Positions 57,293 through 64,000 of a stretch of DNA of 64,000 nt are shown piece by piece. The DNA comes from a virus (taxonomy: Duplodnaviria > Caudoviricetes). Positions within the stretch are counted from its first letter, which is position 1. Each line of letters starts with the position of its first letter. A program made the position numbers and the translations under genes. Location of the stretch: positions 1 through 64,000 of IMG/VR virus record IMGVR_UViG_2706795947_000001, one strand, 5' to 3'. The notes below the pieces were generated by a model. That model was not told the DNA's origin, made no database searches, and was given only the letters and a program-made list of their open reading frames with translations.

Positions 57293-58165
57293 CTACCAGG
57301 GTTGAGGTACTGAACCAGGGAAGTTCGGGGGCTCCATTTCCAGGCACACCCGACAGACTCCCATCGTGGACAGCAGGGCACGGTCGCTACTGGCTGTGTC
57401 GAGTGCGGAGTAGCTGACGTTACACTTGCTGCAATCGTACTCGAAGCCAATGCCCAGGTCGATCACTCCGTCCAGGGCGGCGAGGTAGCCCCTGACCAGG
57501 AGGTCGGAGGTTACCCAGAAGTCCAGGGGGAACTCCCCGATGTTGAGCGTGATCGTATCAACAACCCGGATGGGAGCGGATGGAGGCTTGGGATCTTCGA
57601 ACGTAGGGCGACACAGTGCAATGATCTTGCACCTCTTGTTGTCCCAGTTGATCTTGGCACGGAAGCGCGCATACCCTGTTGCGGTGTTGCCGTAGATGTC
57701 TCGGCCGGAAGTCACGGGCCAATCGAAGAAGCACTCGCTGGCAATCATCCCCTTGATTGCCAGGTTGGACATCGGCACCCACTCGACTCCATTCTGAAGA
57801 AGATCACAGGAGAATACGGGCACACTCGCTGCGTGCCCGAACGCGCGAGGGTACATATCTGCGATGAACTTCTTGTTGATCCCAGTATGCATCACCCTAC
57901 TCAGACCCATGATGCACTGGGGCCTGCCGTTGGTGGTGGTTAGTGTTATGCCACCAGAATAGACAGAAGTTTCTTGACGATGACGCTCGACGGGTCCGCT
58001 GCCCAGCTCTTCCCTCACCGCAATCGTGGTGCCGGTGTCAGGTGCATGATTCTTCATGAAGTCCACGAGCATGGGGATAGCTCCAGACGCTTCGTGGTGC
58101 TCGCGCACGTCGTAGAGTGGCTCCTCAAGACGGGCTATCGCTTTCTTCAGTCCATCTATCGACAT
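57293..58165 (-). CDS. Hypothetical protein with C-terminal CxxC..CxxC
   Basis: GGAGGTG RBS before ATG 58165. Confidence 0.7.
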   Translation of the reverse strand: MSIDGLKKAIARLEEPLYDVREHHEASGAIPMLVDFMKNHAPDTGTTIAVREELGSGPVERHRQETSVYSGGITLTTTNGRPQCIMGLSRVMHTGINKKFIADMYPRAFGHAASVPVFSCDLLQNGVEWVPMSNLAIKGMIASECFFDWPVTSGRDIYGNTATGYARFRAKINWDNKRCKIIALCRPTFEDPKPPSAPIRVVDTITLNIGEFPLDFWVTSDLLVRGYLAALDGVIDLGIGFEYDCSKCNVSYSALDTASSDRALLSTMGVCRVCLEMEPPNFPGSVPQPW

Positions 58166-58583
58166 GTTCGTCACCTCCTTCGATGTGTGCTGCGACCAGT
58201 CCTCCTGATAGGGGAGGGGAGAGACAGTCACTGAACCGTCTCTGCTCACCGCTGTCGAGTAGCCCTGCCATGTTGAGATTTTGTATTGCTCGTAGCTCCG
58301 CAATGGGTCGACCCCCGCGACGACGGGAGCGCCTTGAGGCGGGCCTGCTATTAGCGGACCAGAGGTCGGACCCCATCTCCTCGGCTGCTGGTTCCGGTTG
58401 TCCGCCTTCTTCTTGCGGGACTTCTTCTTTTGTTTCTCCCCCTCTAGCAGGCGCTCCCTTTCCTGCTGCCTTTGTTGCGCGCTTTCTTGGAGCTGCTTTC
58501 TTCGCCTTCGGCTTGGCGACCCCATCGCATTCACAGGGTGCCGCCTCGCAGAACATGCATAGCTCCGGGCCTTTCTTTGCCAT
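58125..58583 (-). CDS. Hypothetical protein with Cys cluster and histone-like KAKKAAP segment
   Basis: CMFCEAAPCEC followed by a Lys/Ala-rich stretch. Confidence 0.55.
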   Translation of the reverse strand: MAKKGPELCMFCEAAPCECDGVAKPKAKKAAPRKRATKAAGKGAPARGGETKEEVPQEEGGQPEPAAEEMGSDLWSANSRPASRRSRRRGGRPIAELRAIQNLNMAGLLDSGEQRRFSDCLSPPLSGGLVAAHIEGGDEHVDRWTEESDSPS

Positions 58584-58753
58584 CACTCAACCGGCTTGAT
58601 GAGTGCTACGTTCTTCCCGTCGATTCGCTTGAAGTCTCCGGTGGGCTCGAATACCTCGTTGTTCTCTGCGTCCACCAGATACACCGGCTCGGTTCCCGAG
58701 CGATGCTTGCAGGCGAGCTTGACCAGCTCCTCCTTGAAGTCGAACAGTCTCAT
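58583..58753 (-). CDS. Hypothetical protein
   Basis: MRLFDFKEE...; ATGA overlap. Confidence 0.55.
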   Translation of the reverse strand: MRLFDFKEELVKLACKHRSGTEPVYLVDAENNEVFEPTGDFKRIDGKNVALIKPVE

Positions 58754-59013
58754 GCTGGCCCTCCCATCTGCATAGTGTGGTACCCAGCGGCGTACCCAGC
58801 CAGGCCGACGGCCTCGGCGTGAGTGCCGCCGATCAGTGTCGATCGGTACTGCTCTGAGCTCTCGAACGGAGACGACAGTCGCAGCGAGATCATCATGCAA
58901 GCGATCACCTGCGACTCATCGCCAGCCCCGGCTGCCACGAGGTATTCGTGCACCGCTTCTTGCACCTTGTGTTCGTACTCTTCCAGGTTACTCAAGTGTA
59001 TGACCTCCTTCAA
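58750..59013 (-). CDS. Hypothetical protein
   Basis: First gene after the promoter at 59026-59055; start uncertain. Confidence 0.6.
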   Translation of the reverse strand: MKEVIHLSNLEEYEHKVQEAVHEYLVAAGAGDESQVIACMMISLRLSSPFESSEQYRSTLIGGTHAEAVGLAGYAAGYHTMQMGGPA

Positions 59014-59025
59014 GTTGATAAGCGA

Positions 59026-59055
59026 ATGGTACCATACGCGGTACTAGTTTGTCAA
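59026..59055 (-). promoter_or_regulatory. Strong SigA-type promoter
   Basis: TTGACA-N18-TACCAT with a TGG extension. Confidence 0.65.
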
Positions 59056-59059
59056 ATCG

Positions 59060-59788
59060 TCAGAGCTTGCTGATCTCGTGGTCGTACTGCTCCTGCGAGA
59101 TCTTCAGCATACCCATGATCGGGCCGGCTGGAATGCCCTTGCCGTGCATGTTGATCAGGTGCTGGCGCTCGTCATCGTTGAGCGCCTTGAACTTGCCGGT
59201 CTTGGGGTCCGACGCAGGTGAGCTGGCCTTGGGCTGCGGTCGCGCCGACTTGATCTCCCTGGACGGAGGAGGCATCGGGTTGTACCCCTGACACCCTGGC
59301 GTATCCATGAAGTCAATCTCGCCGGTGTTCATGCGGTATCGCTTGAGGGACCACTTGCTCACCTCGCCGACGTTCGCGAAATGCGGGACGCTCGTCATCT
59401 GAATTGCGATGGCAAGCCCCATTGCCTGACCTTGGAGTTTGAAGTAACCCTCGAGTTCCTCGGCGGTCATCTCGTCGTTCTTGAACCGGGGTCGCTGCTC
59501 CATGATACCCTTGGTCACACGGTCCAGCTCGTCCCACATCTTCTCCAAGATGCTCGGTCCTCTTGCCACTAGCCTGCCCTCCTCGCCTATTGTGTACACC
59601 GGACCGAGGTACGGGCACTGATCGTTGTCGTGATGACGCTTCTTCTCTGTGCGAGCGCCTTCCTTGCTGCGGTGGTAGGTCATCCACCGACAACCAGGAG
59701 CACCACACTCGAACGTCCAGTCGAGGTGGTGCTCATGGTCTGGCTGGTTCAGTGTCGGATATACCTCCGGCCAGGTGGGGTACGTCAC
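59060..59788 (-). CDS. Hypothetical protein with N-terminal Zn-finger-like and C-terminal HTH-like segments
   Basis: CGAPGC...HH..C motif; AAAGGAGG RBS. Confidence 0.65.
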   Translation of the reverse strand: MTYPTWPEVYPTLNQPDHEHHLDWTFECGAPGCRWMTYHRSKEGARTEKKRHHDNDQCPYLGPVYTIGEEGRLVARGPSILEKMWDELDRVTKGIMEQRPRFKNDEMTAEELEGYFKLQGQAMGLAIAIQMTSVPHFANVGEVSKWSLKRYRMNTGEIDFMDTPGCQGYNPMPPPSREIKSARPQPKASSPASDPKTGKFKALNDDERQHLINMHGKGIPAGPIMGMLKISQEQYDHEISKL

Positions 59789-59797
59789 TGTCCTCCT

Positions 59798-59941
59798 TTA
59801 CCAGATCTCGTCGATGATCTCTTCCTCATCCGGCGTGAGCGGGACGCTCAGGTCACCCCAGTACTCGGAGTGCCTGAGCATCTCGCACTCGAACTCCCAC
59901 TCCTCTTCGGTAAGAGGGTAGTAGTAGTCAGGCCCCAGCAT
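59798..59941 (-). CDS. Small acidic protein (47 aa, not in ORF track)
   Basis: MLGPDYYYPLTEEEWEFECEM...; TGATG coupling. Confidence 0.5.
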   Translation of the reverse strand: MLGPDYYYPLTEEEWEFECEMLRHSEYWGDLSVPLTPDEEEIIDEIW

Positions 59942-60363
59942 CAGATGCAGTAGGTGAACTCGCCGCCACTGCCGCCGATGTCGCTGGACTCGCTGACCAT
60001 CCGCCCGTTCTGGTAGATCGCGCAGTAGATCTTACCCGGCTTGAATGACTCGATGCTCGCCGAGAGCCCACCGAACCCGCCGTCAGCGGCGACGGTGTAG
60101 TCCCAGGTCGCGCACTTCCAGCCGGGGATCGAGGTGCTGCCGATGATGTCGACGTGATCGGTCTCGTCGTTGCCGTACTGGTTCGTGCGCTCGAGGACCA
60201 CCGGGTTGGTGCGTGCCTCGGTGCAGGTGACGATGCGGATGCTGTCCCACTCGTCGACGATGACTGCCTCGGCGGGCGCGCCGACGAGGGATGCTCCGGC
60301 CAGGGCGCCCACGAGGGCACCGGCGGTTACGAGATGTGTCTTCATGTTCTTCAGGATGCTCAT
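59941..60363 (-). CDS. Secreted protein with MmpS-like beta domain
   Basis: Signal peptide ending in AEA; IYCAIYQNGRMVSE resembles the MmpS C-x-I-x-x-D/N-G motif. Confidence 0.6.
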   Translation of the reverse strand: MSILKNMKTHLVTAGALVGALAGASLVGAPAEAVIVDEWDSIRIVTCTEARTNPVVLERTNQYGNDETDHVDIIGSTSIPGWKCATWDYTVAADGGFGGLSASIESFKPGKIYCAIYQNGRMVSESSDIGGSGGEFTYCI

Positions 60364-60409
60364 TGTGTACCTTCTTTCAGTTGGTGTGGATCAGTACCGG
60401 GGTGAGGTG

Positions 60410-60751
60410 TCAGTCTTCGGCCGGCTCTTCGGCCGGCTCTTCGGCCGGCTCTTCGGCCGGCTCTTCGGCCTCGGGCTCGTCGAAGTAGGTCGGTGCTTCG
60501 TAGGTGTACTCGGGTCCGTCGAAGGGCAAGTCACCCATGTTGATCGGCTCGCTGTTCGCGCCGCCTCCGATCTGATCGCCGTTGGTCGAGACGATCGGCG
60601 GCGGGCAGGGTGCGTTGCCGGTGGGAGTGACGATGGTGCAGCCGACGGTGACCTGTGCGGGAGCGGGGTGCGGGCTGGCGACGGCTGCTGCGGGTGCGCC
60701 GAGTGCGAGAGCGAATGCCGACGCGAGTGCTGCCTTCTGGAAGATGTTCAT
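60410..60751 (-). CDS. Secreted protein with C-terminal EEPA repeats
   Basis: Signal peptide and AAAGGAG RBS. Confidence 0.7.
   Translation of the reverse strand: MNIFQKAALASAFALALGAPAAAVASPHPAPAQVTVGCTIVTPTGNAPCPPPIVSTNGDQIGGGANSEPINMGDLPFDGPEYTYEAPTYFDEPEAEEPAEEPAEEPAEEPAED
60414..60470. repeat. 12-bp tandem repeat (CTCTTCGGCCGG) x about 4.7
   Basis: Seen directly; encodes EEPA repeats. Confidence 0.9.
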
Positions 60752-60809
60752 GTGGTACTCCTTTGTTCGGTGGATGAGATAGAACTGGTACTACTAGGTG
60801 GCGAAACTA

Positions 60810-60841
60810 AGCCCGAGCCGTGATCCATACGGCTCGGGCTT
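60810..60841. terminator. Stem-loop
   Basis: AGCCCGAGCCGT / ACGGCTCGGGCT. Confidence 0.6.
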
Positions 60842-60900
60842 GGTTGCCCTGACACTGACTCACGAGTTTACCAATTGGGAGTGACTCGCAAGTACTGTGG

Positions 60901-61329
60901 TCAGCCTTGGGCTGACTCTTCCTTGGCCTTGGCCTCGTCCTTGTTGGCGGGCGGGTCCGCATGGAAGTGAGACAGCGGAGTGTGGTCGATGCTGTCGTGG
61001 AAGCCGAGTGCCTCTTCCGGAGCCATCGCGTTGATGTCTGCGAGAGCGTAGCCGTGGCGGTCCACGAGGTGACGCTTGACCGAGTCGAGGTTGACGAGGT
61101 TGAGGCGGCGCGCCTTCATGTCCACCTCCGCCTCGGGTGCGATGCGGATGTCTGCGATCTGCTCGGCAGGCACGAGGGTCAGGGACGAGCGTCCCTTCTC
61201 CTTGAAGGCGATCGCCTGCGGCGAGGCCGAGGCGACGGTGCCGATGACCGCTTCCTCTGCGCCGACGGTGAGAAGTTCGACACGCTTGTCTGCGTAGTCG
61301 GCGAGCGCGAGCTCGGTTGCTGCGGTCAT
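60901..61329 (-). CDS. Hypothetical protein
   Basis: AGGAGG RBS, strong codon bias, downstream of the promoter at 61387-61416. Confidence 0.75.
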   Translation of the reverse strand: MTAATELALADYADKRVELLTVGAEEAVIGTVASASPQAIAFKEKGRSSLTLVPAEQIADIRIAPEAEVDMKARRLNLVNLDSVKRHLVDRHGYALADINAMAPEEALGFHDSIDHTPLSHFHADPPANKDEAKAKEESAQG

Positions 61330-61386
61330 TGTGTCCTCCTATGTAGCGTTTCCGGTGGTCAGGGCGGTGGTCCGCCGTACCCGTTC

Positions 61387-61416
61387 ATAGTACCACGGGC
61401 ACGGCGGCACCCGCAA
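61387..61416 (-). promoter_or_regulatory. SigA-type promoter
   Basis: TTGCGG-N18-TACTAT with a TGG extension. Confidence 0.55.
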
Positions 61417-61451
61417 CCCCGAAAACCCCACATCTTTCGGGGGCGCGTTCT

Positions 61452-62015
61452 CTAGACGCCGCGCAGGACCTCGAGAGTCTTGAGGCCTTCGAGCCCCATG
61501 AACTTCACGAGCTCAGCCCACGGCATGGGCGCGATCGTACGCCTGCCCGCAGAGACGTACCACATCTGCCGGAACTGGTAGATGTTCAGGTACGGACTGT
61601 CCGGGTTCTGGGTCACGTACTCCTCGGCGATACCGACGGCGACGAAGTCGTAGAGCTTCCCGGACTTGTCCTTGGAGTAGCGCTTGCTGAAGGCGACGAC
61701 CGGGGTCTGGCCGGCTGTGTTGGGCTTCGGCTCGCGGGAGAGCATCTCTCGAGTCAGCGCTTCCTGTGCCATCTCGGCATTGCGCTGGTGCTCCTCGACC
61801 CGAGCCTCGGCGTAGCGGAGGGAGTCGAGTGACGAAGCCAGCAGGTTGGCGAGCTGTCCGATGCTCATACCGTCGCCGGTGGTGTTCATGCCCACCTCGG
61901 CGGCAGCCATCTGCGCCTTCTCCTCCTGGGCGGTACGCTTCGCCTTGCACTTGGCACGCTCGTGCGAGGTTGCGGGGTGCTTGCAGTCCTTGTGACTCAT
62001 TCGTTTGGTTGCCAT
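61452..62015 (-). CDS. Hypothetical protein
   Basis: AAGGAGG RBS; SHKDCKHPAT..RAKC N-terminal motif. Confidence 0.7.
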   Translation of the reverse strand: MATKRMSHKDCKHPATSHERAKCKAKRTAQEEKAQMAAAEVGMNTTGDGMSIGQLANLLASSLDSLRYAEARVEEHQRNAEMAQEALTREMLSREPKPNTAGQTPVVAFSKRYSKDKSGKLYDFVAVGIAEEYVTQNPDSPYLNIYQFRQMWYVSAGRRTIAPMPWAELVKFMGLEGLKTLEVLRGV

Positions 62016-62021
62016 GTGTGG

Positions 62022-62243
62022 TTACCTCCTTGGTCGTTCGGCCTGGAGTCTGATCTTCAAACCCAGGTATTCACTCGACGGGAGCTCCTCATACTTGCCC
62101 GTCTCGTCGTTCTTCTTCTCGATGATCGTGAAGATGTAGCGGTCATCTATCTCAATCATCGCACGCACAGCATCTTCAAGCTCCGGCCAGGTGTTCGGGG
62201 TCACGAGCTTGTAGGGAGTGTGCGTGATAGCGCAGCGGTACAT
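62022..62243 (-). CDS. Hypothetical protein
   Basis: Fills the gap in the leftward gene array. Confidence 0.55.
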   Translation of the reverse strand: MYRCAITHTPYKLVTPNTWPELEDAVRAMIEIDDRYIFTIIEKKNDETGKYEELPSSEYLGLKIRLQAERPRR

Positions 62244-62495
62244 CTAGAGCTCCTCCTGCTCAAGGAACTCACGACAGTTGCAGAAGTACTGTGAACAGTA
62301 GTGGTCGACGCCTTCGTCTTCACTGTGATCCTGCTTGAGGTGACCACAGATACAGATCTTCGCTCCATTGGCGACGACCCTGTCGAAGATCTCACGAAGC
62401 TCTGGAGGAAATCTTGTACCGAGTGGGTGATCGACGAGCTTCTGGTATTCCTCCTTCGTAACCCCACGGTACTCGGCATCCCAGTCCTCGGCCAT
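62244..62495 (-). CDS. Small Cys/His-rich protein
   Basis: CICGH...H...C...C.C..F pattern. Confidence 0.6.
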   Translation of the reverse strand: MAEDWDAEYRGVTKEEYQKLVDHPLGTRFPPELREIFDRVVANGAKICICGHLKQDHSEDEGVDHYCSQYFCNCREFLEQEEL

Positions 62496-62782
62496 TAGAA
62501 GTTCCGATCCAGCGAGTCGATGTACTCCTGCGCGTCCATCTCGCCAGGATCAATGCGACGAGCGGCTTGCAGAAGCGCTGTCACCACGTTGTCGAGATCC
62601 ATGTCCACTCGGTGAGCCTCGCCATCGAGAGTGTTAATCATCGAGCCGGCGAAGTCGTTGGACCACTCGATCGACACGATTCTGTCGAGTGCTATGACCA
62701 CGACAGCCTTGCGGTGGCGTGCCGTTGCCTGCGCCACTCGGTTCGGCCGGTACTCGGGGAACCTGATGAACTGCATGGTCAC
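62495..62782 (-). CDS. Hypothetical protein
   Basis: Coupled overlaps with neighbours. Confidence 0.6.
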   Translation of the reverse strand: MTMQFIRFPEYRPNRVAQATARHRKAVVVIALDRIVSIEWSNDFAGSMINTLDGEAHRVDMDLDNVVTALLQAARRIDPGEMDAQEYIDSLDRNF

Positions 62783-63066
62783 TCCTTCTTCTCGTCCTCG
62801 TCGAGGGTCATGGTATACCTCGGCTCCTCCGAGGGAGGATCGGGGATGACGGTCTCGCCCCTGTTGTGGCCCTCGGGGCGCAGGGCGTCCACCATCTCCT
62901 GCATTCGCTTACTCCTGGTCTCGGCGTCCTCGAGTGCGCGAACGCTGGCGAGTGCGCTGGCGCCGAGTGAGATGAACTCGTCGGGCTGGATGTCCTTCTT
63001 GCTGGTGAACAGCTCGACCCGGAACTCGTCGTCGTTGTCGTCTTCTATCTCGAACGTAATGCGCAT
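62779..63066 (-). CDS. Hypothetical protein
   Basis: GAGGG RBS; coupled. Confidence 0.6.
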   Translation of the reverse strand: MRITFEIEDDNDDEFRVELFTSKKDIQPDEFISLGASALASVRALEDAETRSKRMQEMVDALRPEGHNRGETVIPDPPSEEPRYTMTLDEDEKKE

Positions 63067-63573
63067 TCAGGTGCCCTCGATTCGTCTTGTCTGGTTGCGG
63101 TACTCGGGTGGTGGCAGCACTCTGTGTGCTATGTCCTCGTTACGTGGTGGCCAGGGCTTTATGCCTGGCCCAGTGATCGGCCCGTTGATCGGATAGCTTC
63201 CGACTAATACTGCTTTCTTTCTCTGCTTGGCGAGTATCCTCCTGCCCCGCTTGTTCCTGCCTTGCTCTGTGTTCACCCGCCTGAGCCATTGCCCCTCGGA
63301 CTCGTCGTACCATCGACCGATCTCCTTTGGCCCCACCCAGATGGTGTGCTCTGGGAGGCGATGGCCTCGCCTTCTGTTGCACAGCATGTGGGTTGGCCTT
63401 AGGTTTGCCTTGGAGTCTGTGCCGCCGAGAAACTTTGGAATGTAATGGTCCGCATTGAAGTACCAGTACCCCTTGGTAAGCGTGTAGTCGATTTCTTCAC
63501 CGCATATCCAGCACGGTGGCTGAAGGATACGACACTCTCGCTTGAAGCTCCTGATGGGCCGGGGATCGGTCAC
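63067..63573 (-). CDS. HNH endonuclease
   Basis: CWICG...ADHYIP..GG....NLRPTHMLCN motif; start GTG 63573. Confidence 0.85.
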   Translation of the reverse strand: MTDPRPIRSFKRECRILQPPCWICGEEIDYTLTKGYWYFNADHYIPKFLGGTDSKANLRPTHMLCNRRRGHRLPEHTIWVGPKEIGRWYDESEGQWLRRVNTEQGRNKRGRRILAKQRKKAVLVGSYPINGPITGPGIKPWPPRNEDIAHRVLPPPEYRNQTRRIEGT

Positions 63574-63857
63574 CCGAACCCGCCAGACTCCATCACCTTC
63601 AGTCGAACCTTGCCACGCTGTGCGCGGTCGAGTCCGCCCTTGATGTGGTACCCCTTGGGATAGGTGTAGGTGCGGTTCTTGATGTAACCAGTGCGGCGCT
63701 CGACCAGCGCCCGGCGACGCAGCCCACACCGCAGGCATCCGAGTGTTTCCCAGTACCCCTCGGCATTGAAGATGATGTCGCCAACTGCGTCCCAGGCGTG
63801 GCCGTAGATGCGGCAGCGTGCGTGGTCATCGTCGAGGTTGACCTTACCTATCTTCAT
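63570..63857 (-). CDS. Hypothetical protein (CRxxGHxW...CxRC motif)
   Basis: GGAGGTG RBS. Confidence 0.7.
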   Translation of the reverse strand: MKIGKVNLDDDHARCRIYGHAWDAVGDIIFNAEGYWETLGCLRCGLRRRALVERRTGYIKNRTYTYPKGYHIKGGLDRAQRGKVRLKVMESGGFG

Positions 63858-64000
63858 GCATCACCTCCATTTCTTTTCGGGCTCGTCCCACACCTTGACA
63901 CCCGAGTCAGGGTGATCGAGGTATGTATCGAGTCGTTCGTGGTAGTCGTACTCGGCGGTGACCACCTGCCCCTGGTTGAGTACTACCAGTCCGGCGTTGC

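Noticed and set aside
58166-58534. N-terminal extension of the 413-aa ORF
   Set aside because: It overlaps 58125..58583 in another frame, and a strong RBS supports a start at 58165.

Overview
The window is about 64 kb of a high-GC, long-tailed (siphovirus-type) actinobacteriophage genome, and it probably begins at or near the left genome end. A host among mycolic-acid bacteria (Gordonia/Rhodococcus/Tsukamurella) is inferred from a lysin B-like cutinase, a WhiB domain, a split amidase/M23 endolysin and an actinobacterial-type LexA box. The layout recalls GTE7/ReqiDocB7-like phages (from memory, not a database result). Organisation: (1) 1-780 is an AT-rich non-coding region with nested repeat families and a perfect SOS box. 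(2) 841-5540 is a leftward replication block with an AEP primase and a Zn-finger/P-loop helicase. (3) 5689-41923 is a rightward virion and lysis block: terminase, portal, an SGNH esterase protein, Mu-like protease, decoration protein, capsid, tail genes, tRNA-Asn, a frameshifted tail chaperone, a 3327-aa tape measure, minor tails, holin and two lysins. (4) 41920-64000 is a leftward early/middle arm: Cas4-like nuclease, hidden WhiB, DNA MTase, lysin B, MazG-like, RusA, DUF4406, beta clamp, oligoribonuclease, SNF2 helicase, SSB, HNH and many small unknowns. No integrase, repressor or DNA polymerase is recognisable in the window. The most striking observation is a complete WhiB domain that the ORF track missed. 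It has no in-frame start codon but can be reached from the upstream gene by a -1 shift at a canonical C CCT TTA slippery site.
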